Below are positions 10,445 through 18,471 of a stretch of DNA of 64,000 nucleotides, in pieces. The stretch comes from a bacterium (GTDB lineage: Bacteria; Cyanobacteriota; Vampirovibrionia; Gastranaerophilales; JBAXKC01). The notes under the pieces are model-generated. The model was given only the letters and a program-made list of their open reading frames with translations. It had not been told where the DNA came from and ran no database searches. Position 1 is the stretch's first letter, and the number at the start of each line of letters is the position of its first letter. The stretch spans positions 32,001 through 96,000 of the forward strand of contig JBAXKC010000005.1 of NCBI GenBank assembly GCA_037137535.1, read 5' to 3'. Made by a program: the position numbers and the translations under genes.

Positions 10445-10875
10445 ATGAAAGATTTATAGGGCTTGATGTAGGTAATAAGAGAATCGGCGTATCTTTAAGT
10501 GATAGGTTGCTTCTTACTGCTCAGCCCCTAAAGACGATTAATAGAATGCCTGAAGTTAAGGCAATAGAAGAATTGTCAAAAATAATAAAAGAAAACGGAG
10601 TGACAGGTATAGTTGTAGGGCTTCCAAAAAATATGAACGGCTCTATAGGTTTTCAAGCTGATAATGTACAAAATTTTGCAGAACTGCTTGAACAAAGTTT
10701 TAATCTTGATATAATTTTTGAAGATGAAAGATTATCTAGTAGACAAGCGGAAAGGTTTTTATCGGAACAAAACGTAAAACCTTCTCGCAATAAAGGGTTA
10801 ATAGACGTTGCCTCAGCGGCAATAATATTACAATTGTATTTGGACAAAAGGAGAATTCAAAATGGAAGATCTTAA
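10438..10875 (+). CDS. ruvX: YqgF/RuvX pre-16S rRNA nuclease / resolvase-like protein
   Basis: GLDVGNKRIGVSLSD, VVGLPKNMNGS, DERLSS, DVASAAIILQ. Confidence 0.95.
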   Translation: MLDERFIGLDVGNKRIGVSLSDRLLLTAQPLKTINRMPEVKAIEELSKIIKENGVTGIVVGLPKNMNGSIGFQADNVQNFAELLEQSFNLDIIFEDERLSSRQAERFLSEQNVKPSRNKGLIDVASAAIILQLYLDKRRIQNGRS

Positions 10876-11218
10876 CAATATTGAAACAAAAATCATCAGA
10901 ACTCAGGATGAAAATGGCGAAGTTCATAACTTTGAGCTTGTTGATGTTGTAGAAGTAGACGGAAATGAGTATGGTTTATTAGTTTACGTTGATGAAGATG
11001 AAACTGCTGAAACTGAAAAATCAGAAGGTTGTGGATGCAGCAACGAAGAGTGTGGTTGTGAAGAAGAAGAAGAAATTATCATTATGAAATTAAATAAAAG
11101 TGGTGAGTCTTATTCATTCGAAACAATCGAAGACGATGATGAATTCAGCAAAGTTGTTGAATATCTTGAAACAGAATGTGCTGATGATGACGAAGAAGAT
11201 GAAGAAGACGCAGAATAA
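10862..11218 (+). CDS. DUF1292/DUF3727-like acidic protein
   Basis: QDENGE..FELVDVVEVDGNEYGLL, IEDDDEFSKV; usual position downstream of yqgF. Confidence 0.75.
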   Translation: MEDLNNIETKIIRTQDENGEVHNFELVDVVEVDGNEYGLLVYVDEDETAETEKSEGCGCSNEECGCEEEEEIIIMKLNKSGESYSFETIEDDDEFSKVVEYLETECADDDEEDEEDAE

Positions 11219-11234
11219 GTTTCTTTAATCCAAT

Positions 11235-11271
11235 AAATCCCTCCTGAGTTTTAATGATGCAGGAGGGATTT
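11235..11271 (+). terminator. Intrinsic terminator
   Basis: AAATCCCTCCTG...CAGGAGGGATTT followed by GTTTG. Confidence 0.8.
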
Positions 11272-11349
11272 GTTTGTAAATGCAATTATTCATTTTATAA
11301 ATGTGTTAGTATTAATTAGCAATATTAAATTAGTTATGAGGTGTGTCTT

Positions 11350-11757
11350 TTGACAGTAATTTTAGAATATAGAGAAATTCTTTCAACAGGCATAAAAAAA
11401 ATTGATGACCAACATAAAAAACTATATCAGCTGATAAATGATTTATTTACAGCGTGCGTTAATGGTTATGATAAAGAAATGATTTCTACTATTCTTTCCG
11501 ATCTTGCCGAGTATATTGACGTTCATTTTAAAGATGAAGAAGATATAATGCAGTCTGTGGGCTACTCTGATTTTTTAATTCATAAATCGGAACATGATAA
11601 ATTTTATAGTCTTGTTGTAGGGATTTTGAAAGAGTATGAATTAACAGGTGTAACTGATAATTTAATAAATGATACAAAGAAACTTTTAGTAGACTGGCTT
11701 TTAAGTCATTTAAATCATTTTGATAAAAAGTTGGCAATTTTCATCAAATCTCAGTAA
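11350..11757 (+). CDS. Bacteriohemerythrin
   Basis: TGIKKIDDQHKKL, HFKDEE, HKSEH, WLLSHLNHFD; TTG start at 11350 after GAGGTG RBS (track uses 11341). Confidence 0.9.
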   Translation: MTVILEYREILSTGIKKIDDQHKKLYQLINDLFTACVNGYDKEMISTILSDLAEYIDVHFKDEEDIMQSVGYSDFLIHKSEHDKFYSLVVGILKEYELTGVTDNLINDTKKLLVDWLLSHLNHFDKKLAIFIKSQ

Positions 11758-11835
11758 TTATGTTAAGAAATAATTCTAAAGATAAAGTATTGTTAATATT
11801 TTGCTCAAAAACAACAAATTCATAGAAGTTTTTTT

Positions 11836-11866
11836 TAAAAGCTGCCGATACAAATGGTAGCTTTTT
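11836..11866 (+). terminator. Probable terminator after hemerythrin
   Basis: AAAAGCTGCC...GGTAGCTTTTT stem with U tract. Confidence 0.6.
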
Positions 11867-12097
11867 AGTTTTAGAAGTTGAGAGTTTGTTTTAAGAGAGA
11901 AGTTTAGCTTATGGGAAAAAATTGTTTTTTCAATTCATGTTTCATATTTGAAAATATGCTAAATAGCATGTATTTAAGTGCTTTTGGGCATGTAAACAAT
12001 TGTAAAAAAAAGTATAAATATGAGAGTTTTTTTAACATGTTTTTAATTTATATGACTTTTTATTATTACGATAGAATTTGGGCTGAGGTCATAATTA

Positions 12098-13411
12098 ATG
12101 GTTAGCAAAATAGATAACTCAAAATTGTTTGAAAAATTTGCTTTGAAGCCACAGCAACAGCAAGCTCCTGCTCCTGTGACACAGCAGGCTGAAGTTGTTC
12201 CTGTTCAGGTTCAAAAGGAAATGGAAGGGGTTCAAGCAAAGACTCACGAGCCAAAGCAAGATGAACTTAACATCGGGCATGCATCGGATCACATGGTTTC
12301 TAATGATGCTCTTACAAAAATGAAAGTCCAAGTCGAAAAGACATCAAAGCTACCTGAATACGCTATTAGGGGAATGAAAGGCGATCAGGATGCTAATTTC
12401 TATGAGTTTTTAGAATTAGGTAAAGTTCCTTATTTTCTTGGTGGTGCTGTTTTAACTGCATGTTATGCTGCCGGTGGTAAGGGGGCTGCTCCATTTGTAA
12501 CAAGAATGGGAGCCGGTGCTGCATTTTTCTATACAGCTGCAATGTTAGGAAAGAATGCTATTGCTCTTCCTGTTCAGTTATTAAGAGGTATTGATCTTAA
12601 TCATCCTTACAGAGATATTGTAGATTGTAGAGCAGTAGATGCTCAAGGTACATCTCCGAAAAAGAAAGAATATCACAAAGTATTTGAAAGTATCGACTTT
12701 ACAAGATGGGATCTTCTTGAAAATCATGAAAAAGGAGATGTTAAAAACAACCCAAGGCTTATTAACGCTAAATATGACCGTATCGCTAAGAAAATGGGCA
12801 TAAAAGAAAAAGACCTTAATGACTCAGATAGCACATTAAGAGCTTATATCAAGAAAACACTTGTCATGAGTAAAGCTGCTCAATATATGAGTATAGCTTT
12901 ATTTGCACCACTAGCTATTGGTGTAGCTAATGTTCGTGAAATGGAATCACTTGGTCATAATATGTTTGGAGATATTGCTAAACATCTTGCAAAGCCTAAG
13001 GCTGACGCTACTATTGCCTCAACAACAAAGGATGTGTTCAGTATTATAAAATCTGCTACAACTGATGTTATTGGTAGATCCTTTAAATCACTATGGACAG
13101 GTGAGGGTAATACGCATACTATAAAGGGTGTTAAAAATACAATAGGAAGCGTGAAAACATCTGACCTCTTTAAGCAAATGACAGGTGGAGAGTTCTTCCA
13201 ATCATTAAATGGATTGCTTAAGAAACATGGCGGAAAAGCATTAATCCTTGCTCCGTTAGTAACATCAGTAGCCGCAAACGCATGGATTTACTTCCACACA
13301 AATGCAGGCAAGAAAAAAGTATTACCTGCCGCAGAGTTTGCTATCGATAAGCAAAGACTTGCTGAACAATCAGCTCAAGGGGACAACACTCAACAAGTTA
13401 AGCCACAGTAG
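12098..13411 (+). CDS. Hypothetical membrane protein, paralogue of 13429-16158
   Basis: 437 aa; RBS GAGG; Q/P-rich N-terminus; Gly/Ala-rich hydrophobic helices; C-terminal hydrophobic helix followed by GKKK. Confidence 0.85.
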   Translation: MVSKIDNSKLFEKFALKPQQQQAPAPVTQQAEVVPVQVQKEMEGVQAKTHEPKQDELNIGHASDHMVSNDALTKMKVQVEKTSKLPEYAIRGMKGDQDANFYEFLELGKVPYFLGGAVLTACYAAGGKGAAPFVTRMGAGAAFFYTAAMLGKNAIALPVQLLRGIDLNHPYRDIVDCRAVDAQGTSPKKKEYHKVFESIDFTRWDLLENHEKGDVKNNPRLINAKYDRIAKKMGIKEKDLNDSDSTLRAYIKKTLVMSKAAQYMSIALFAPLAIGVANVREMESLGHNMFGDIAKHLAKPKADATIASTTKDVFSIIKSATTDVIGRSFKSLWTGEGNTHTIKGVKNTIGSVKTSDLFKQMTGGEFFQSLNGLLKKHGGKALILAPLVTSVAANAWIYFHTNAGKKKVLPAAEFAIDKQRLAEQSAQGDNTQQVKPQ

Positions 13412-13428
13412 GGTTAGGGGATATTAAA

Positions 13429-16158
13429 ATGGTTAACATTAATCGAAATCTCACATTTACAAATGCAGACTTGATTAAAAAACAGTTTCAGATGAAGCCG
13501 TCTAATCAGCAAGCTCAACCTGCTCCTGTGGTTGAAAATAGTCCGCAAAAAGCTAATCAGGAATTGATTGCAGATACATTAAAATTAAGAAACGTTGAGC
13601 CTGACAAACCAAAAGGTAAAACATTTAACAGAGGTCTTCTTCAGTGGCCACAAGAAATATATGAAACCAACGTTAAAGGTGCAAAAGTTCTTTGGAAAGC
13701 TATGGCTAAAGGCGAAGGCAACGATAAAGATATCGGAAGCCTTAACGATTTAGCGTTAGGTTTGGGCAGTTTAGGTATTGCTGCTGCTTTAGCACTTAGA
13801 CCTAAGGCTTCCCCTGCCGAAAGAGCTATGGAATTTGCCGGTTTTGGAACATGGTTTGCAGCGCAAGCTATTTGGCCAAAAACTATTCTCGCAGGACCTG
13901 TTAAATTTTTTACCGGTGTAGATATTAATAAAACTTATCAGCATAGTGAAGGCAAAATTAATAGAACGCTTACTGATCCTCAATATATTCCTTGGGATCA
14001 CTATACTCAAAAAGAATATGATGAAGTTGGTAAAAAATGTCATATTCCTGAAAATATCAAAGATAGAAATAAACATGTTCAAAATAAAATCAGACAGGTT
14101 GGCGTTCAGTCAAATACTTTATGGATGCTGACAGCAGGTTTTTCAACTCCGTTAATTTCCAGTTTATTTGCTGATAGATTAAGACCGGCTGTTGCAGGTG
14201 GTCTTGAGATGGTAAATGAAACAAAAAATTCTATGAAGTTATTCGGATTCAAGAAAACACTTCACGATAGAATTGATAGAGCTCTTCAAAATCTTGAACA
14301 TAAGATGATTCCTAACGCTACAGGTAACGGATTAGGTTCTGTGGGTAGAGGTGTTCAAAACTTCTTCATTAGTGCTGATAATATGTTAGGAACTATTAAA
14401 AAGCCTATTTTATCCACAGTTCAACATCTTGTCGGCTATAAGCCTGAAGAAGCATTAAAAGGTTTTGATTCTAAAGCTGAATCTATTTCTAAGAAAACTG
14501 CTGAGCAAATGGAAAAATTACTTGAGTCTAATCCTAATAAAGAGAAAATGACAAGTGAATTAGCAAATATGTTTAAAGATTCTAGTGAATTAGGTTCATT
14601 TAGACATACTGACTTATTTAACAGTATTGTTAAAACTGTATCTTCTAAAATGGATGAAATTCCTGGAAAAGATGCGACTAAACAAGCAGAGCTTAAAAAA
14701 CAAATCGTTAGTGTTGTTTCATCGGCTAAGAAATTTGTTGAGATGGCAAAAGATGTTGAAGGCTATGCTAAAACAACACTCGGTAATTACGCTGATACAA
14801 CTATAGCTCACGCTTGGGATCAAGCTCCTAGAGAAATGATGGATGCTTTAAGACTTCCTAATGCTGTAAGAGTTAAATTACAAAGTGTTAACGGTCAAAC
14901 TCCTAATGGTATAAGTGCAGTTGCTCTTGAAATTTCTGATTATATTCATAAACTTCCTGCTGCTGAAAGAGAAGAAGTTAAAATTGCATTAGATAATGTT
15001 ATTCATAAGCACGATAGTAAGTTATCAGGAATGGCTGAGAGAGTAGGTGTTGTCTTTACTGAAGGAGGAGCTAAAGAGACTGAAAATGGTGTAATGCAAA
15101 AATTAAGAGCATACTCTAAAGACCTTAGCACTCAACTTTATGATAGTGATGATTTTAAAACAGCAAATATTTATATGGATAATCTGAGTAATATGGTCAG
15201 AGATCGTATTATGAATACAAAAAATTCCTTCCATAAAATGCCTGTGTTATTTGAAGCTCATACAAAAGAAGTTGAATTAATTGCTGAGTATAATAAAAAG
15301 AATCCGACTAAAGCTATTGATCTTAAAAATGGCGTGACTAATATAGTAATGGAATTGTCAAGTAAACCTAAGGAAGCACTTAACGATCATGAAAAAACAT
15401 TACTTGAGGGTCTAACTAAATCAATGAAGTTTAAGAGTACTTTTGATCCGCATAACTTAATGACAGTTGACAAAGGTGTAAGTTTAGATGAATTCTTAAA
15501 TAAATGCAGAGCGATTTATGGAAGTAATCCTGCAACAGAAGCTAAAGGCACTATAAATGAGATGTTAAATCAATTATTTGTGTCAATGTATAAAATTGAG
15601 GATACAGGTAAGGATCTCAGTAAATGGACAGAGGCAGCTCTTACTGATTTATTAAAAGGTGATAATCAATTAGCAAAACAATTAAAATCTGCAAGTGGTG
15701 ATGACCTTAAACATATGCTTGAGGCTAATGATCACCAGTTAGAAAAAACGATTAATTCTCATTTGGGTGAATTATTTAATCAAGCTAAGTCAACAATGAC
15801 AGAAAAAGGTTTAATATCACTTACTGAAGATTCAATTAAAGCTATATTTAATGAAACCTTTAATAAAGCGGGTATTGATGTTTCTCATTCGTTAAAAACA
15901 CAAGCATTTATTGAAGAAAAAGCTGATGCTCTTGCTCCAAAACTTAAATCAGCTGGAGCTTGGTTAGGTAAAGCTCTTGATAAATTTATCGCAGATGCAG
16001 CAGGTGAGACTGTACTTTACAGAGGTTGGTTGACAAAAGTCGGTAGTGCATTCGCTGTTCTTACAGGTGTAACATTAATCGCTTCATCAATGATGGGCAA
16101 GAAAAACAAATATAATCCGGGTGTCTATGAGGTAAGGGAGACCAAGAAATATGAATAA
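13429..16158 (+). CDS. Large hypothetical membrane protein with long helical middle, paralogue of 12098-13411
   Basis: 909 aa; RBS AGGGG; hydrophobic segments near aa 105-160, 230-248 and 870-890. Confidence 0.85.
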   Translation: MVNINRNLTFTNADLIKKQFQMKPSNQQAQPAPVVENSPQKANQELIADTLKLRNVEPDKPKGKTFNRGLLQWPQEIYETNVKGAKVLWKAMAKGEGNDKDIGSLNDLALGLGSLGIAAALALRPKASPAERAMEFAGFGTWFAAQAIWPKTILAGPVKFFTGVDINKTYQHSEGKINRTLTDPQYIPWDHYTQKEYDEVGKKCHIPENIKDRNKHVQNKIRQVGVQSNTLWMLTAGFSTPLISSLFADRLRPAVAGGLEMVNETKNSMKLFGFKKTLHDRIDRALQNLEHKMIPNATGNGLGSVGRGVQNFFISADNMLGTIKKPILSTVQHLVGYKPEEALKGFDSKAESISKKTAEQMEKLLESNPNKEKMTSELANMFKDSSELGSFRHTDLFNSIVKTVSSKMDEIPGKDATKQAELKKQIVSVVSSAKKFVEMAKDVEGYAKTTLGNYADTTIAHAWDQAPREMMDALRLPNAVRVKLQSVNGQTPNGISAVALEISDYIHKLPAAEREEVKIALDNVIHKHDSKLSGMAERVGVVFTEGGAKETENGVMQKLRAYSKDLSTQLYDSDDFKTANIYMDNLSNMVRDRIMNTKNSFHKMPVLFEAHTKEVELIAEYNKKNPTKAIDLKNGVTNIVMELSSKPKEALNDHEKTLLEGLTKSMKFKSTFDPHNLMTVDKGVSLDEFLNKCRAIYGSNPATEAKGTINEMLNQLFVSMYKIEDTGKDLSKWTEAALTDLLKGDNQLAKQLKSASGDDLKHMLEANDHQLEKTINSHLGELFNQAKSTMTEKGLISLTEDSIKAIFNETFNKAGIDVSHSLKTQAFIEEKADALAPKLKSAGAWLGKALDKFIADAAGETVLYRGWLTKVGSAFAVLTGVTLIASSMMGKKNKYNPGVYEVRETKKYE

Positions 16159-18118
16159 CGTTCAAAATAACAATAATCAGTTTATTGTAAAACTTCCTTT
16201 GAATAAAACTAATCAGCCGTTACCTCAACAGCCTGTGTATGTTGCTCCTGCGGCTACACATGTGAATCAGCAGCCAAATCAGGTAGTTTATGCAAATAAT
16301 ATTCCTAATATTTTCTTTAAATCACCACAACCTCAAAAAGCTGTTGTTGCTCCACAAGTAGCTCCACAGCAACAAGCTAATACTCAATCAATGTCGTCAG
16401 ATTGGGTTTCAAGTTGGATAAAAGTTAAAATGCCTGCAGCGGCTAATGCTTCAACAGCAGTAGCAAAGGCTGCTCCGGTTCAGAAAATATCTGATGTGAA
16501 ACTTGATCCGAATTTTCATTGGAAAAACGACCTTAGGCAGTTATTCCACGAAAATAAAGCTTGTATTATGGCAGTGTTAATGAATACATTCAATGCTAAA
16601 GATAAAGATGGTGACAGATTAATTCAACCGTCTAAAGGTGAAGAATTCGGCACTTGGTATAATGGTATCGAGCGTCTTGATGAGATGAAAGCATTAGGTA
16701 TTAATACATTACACATTCTTCCTCCAAACCCACCCGGTGCAAAAGGTGCTATGGGGAACAACGGTTCAAGATATGCTGTTGATGATTATACTAAATTAGA
16801 TCCAATGCTTGATGATCCAAAATGTCCTCTTGGCGTGGAAGATGAAGCAAAATTATTCATTCAGGAAGCTCATAAACGTGGTATCAGAGTAATGTTTGAC
16901 CTTGCAAGCTGTTTCTCAATCGATCAGTTTGAAAAATCTGCTGCTAATCAAGATAAAAATCCTGCAACTCCAAAAGTAGCTGTAAATCCTGACGGTACAC
17001 CGGCTATTCCTCAAGGTTGGGAAGACATTAGAATGATGGATCCTTGGGAAGATAAAGATAAGAGAATTTTACACAAAGGCTTGATGGATTATCATAAAAA
17101 ATTCATTGATTTGGCACAAAGAATTGGTGTTGATGGTATCAGAGCTGACGTTGCAAGAGCGAAACCTGTTGAATTCTGGAATGAATTAATTGCATATTCC
17201 AGAAGTAAAGATCCAAACTTCTGCTGGTTAGCTGAAAGCTATTGTTATGAAGATGCCTCACCAATGCAAAACGTACCTGCTGATAGACCTGAAGAGCTGT
17301 TAAAAGTTGGTTTCGATTCATACTATGGTCAAGATCACTTATTCCCATTATGGAAAAACAGTAAAGATTTCCATGACAATATGCTTCTAAACCTTGATCT
17401 TTCACATAAAGTAGGGCCTAATAAGTCTGTAATCGGTTCAATGCATACCCATGATGATAGAAGTCCTATGTCAAACGGTGGCGCTCCATACTGTTGTTTA
17501 ACAGCAGGCGCTCAACTTACATTACCGATGACTAATCCATACTTTACAATCGGTTTTGAATCAGGTGACAGATATTTATATCCATACGATGGCAAGCCTG
17601 TTCAAGGTTGGGCAAGAACAGACTCTAAAACCTATGTAACTCATAGTGAGTTTATCGACATCTTTAATACGTCAGATAAACCGCATGGCGATAATCCTGA
17701 AATCGGCCAATATATGACTGATATGACAAAAGTTAGAAAGCAATATGAAGATGTTATTACCAAAGGTTCTTACATTCCGTTAAAAACTACTAATAAAGAA
17801 GATTTAATTATCGGTTATGCAAGACACTATAACGGTAAAACCTTACTTGCTATTGCTAACAAAGATGTAAATGCTGTTCAGCAAGGAAAAGTGAAAGTAC
17901 CAACTTTAAAAGAAGGACAAGTTCTTAAAGATCTTTCACCTGCTTATGGTGCACCAAGTAATTATGTCGCTAAAAACGGAGAAGTTGACGTAGAACTTGG
18001 ACCAGCTAGATTCCATCTTTTTGAAATTGATACACCTGAAATAGAAAAAGCTGCTGATGGCGTATATTCTCAAAACCTTGATTTATCTATGTATGAACAA
18101 ACTCCAATAAAAGATTAA
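16151..18118 (+). CDS. GH13 alpha-amylase-family glycoside hydrolase with about 115-aa low-complexity N-terminus
   Basis: LGINTLHILP, EAHKRGIRVMFD, GVDGIRADVA (nucleophile), WLAESY (acid/base), MHTHDD; overlaps upstream stop. Confidence 0.9.
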   Translation: MNNVQNNNNQFIVKLPLNKTNQPLPQQPVYVAPAATHVNQQPNQVVYANNIPNIFFKSPQPQKAVVAPQVAPQQQANTQSMSSDWVSSWIKVKMPAAANASTAVAKAAPVQKISDVKLDPNFHWKNDLRQLFHENKACIMAVLMNTFNAKDKDGDRLIQPSKGEEFGTWYNGIERLDEMKALGINTLHILPPNPPGAKGAMGNNGSRYAVDDYTKLDPMLDDPKCPLGVEDEAKLFIQEAHKRGIRVMFDLASCFSIDQFEKSAANQDKNPATPKVAVNPDGTPAIPQGWEDIRMMDPWEDKDKRILHKGLMDYHKKFIDLAQRIGVDGIRADVARAKPVEFWNELIAYSRSKDPNFCWLAESYCYEDASPMQNVPADRPEELLKVGFDSYYGQDHLFPLWKNSKDFHDNMLLNLDLSHKVGPNKSVIGSMHTHDDRSPMSNGGAPYCCLTAGAQLTLPMTNPYFTIGFESGDRYLYPYDGKPVQGWARTDSKTYVTHSEFIDIFNTSDKPHGDNPEIGQYMTDMTKVRKQYEDVITKGSYIPLKTTNKEDLIIGYARHYNGKTLLAIANKDVNAVQQGKVKVPTLKEGQVLKDLSPAYGAPSNYVAKNGEVDVELGPARFHLFEIDTPEIEKAADGVYSQNLDLSMYEQTPIKD

Positions 18119-18144
18119 TCTAGTAAAATAACTAAATTAATTAT

Positions 18145-18182
18145 AAAAATCCCTTACATTATTTAAGATGTAAGGGATTTTA
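18145..18182. terminator. Bidirectional intrinsic terminator
   Basis: AAAAATCCCTTACAT...ATGTAAGGGATTTT. Confidence 0.85.
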
Positions 18183-18354
18183 GCTATAAAGACGGGCATT
18201 TAAACCCTAATGCCAGCTTGCCGTTTTATGACAAAGTCCGACTAGAATAAAAACGCCCTATATTTAATAACCCTGCATAAGGTAATTCCATAAAAAAGAT
18301 AAATCGCAACAGTATCGTAACATTGACTTCACGTCTTGTATTAACTTATCTTTT
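18145..18354 (-). ncRNA. Candidate structured non-coding RNA (family unassigned; 6S-like rod possible)
   Basis: Nested helices on the minus strand with about 8 G-U pairs that would be A-C mismatches on plus; ends at a terminator. Confidence 0.5.
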
Positions 18355-18448
18355 CTTATCCTTTATAAATATATCATTATGTTATATAAACAACATCGGT
18401 TGTTCGTTCTACAACAATTGTCTATAATTACAAATATATTACCATAAT

Positions 18449-18464
18449 ATTGTTGTACAACAAT
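18449..18464. promoter_or_regulatory. Perfect 16-bp palindrome, possible operator
   Basis: ATTGTTGTACAACAAT; partial repeat TACAACAATTG at about 18410-18420. Confidence 0.4.
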
Positions 18465-18471
18465 TGGCTTA

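Noticed and set aside
11824-11851. Sigma-28-like promoter (GCCGATAC) upstream of the 12098 operon
   Set aside because: The -35 match is poor and the octamer sits inside a stem-loop with a U tract better explained as the hemerythrin terminator; not excluded, but unsupported
11911-12105. 64-aa ORF upstream of the 12098 gene
   Set aside because: F/Y/N/K composition typical of AT-rich non-coding DNA; probably the promoter region
18226-18291. 21-codon minus-strand ORF MELPYAGLLNIGRFYSSRTLS as a type I toxin
   Set aside because: No RBS and not hydrophobic enough
18325-18335. GACGTGAAGTC (minus) resembling the c-di-GMP-I riboswitch GACGCAAAGC core
   Set aside because: No GGCAAAC/GNRA P2 arm and no downstream gene on that strand
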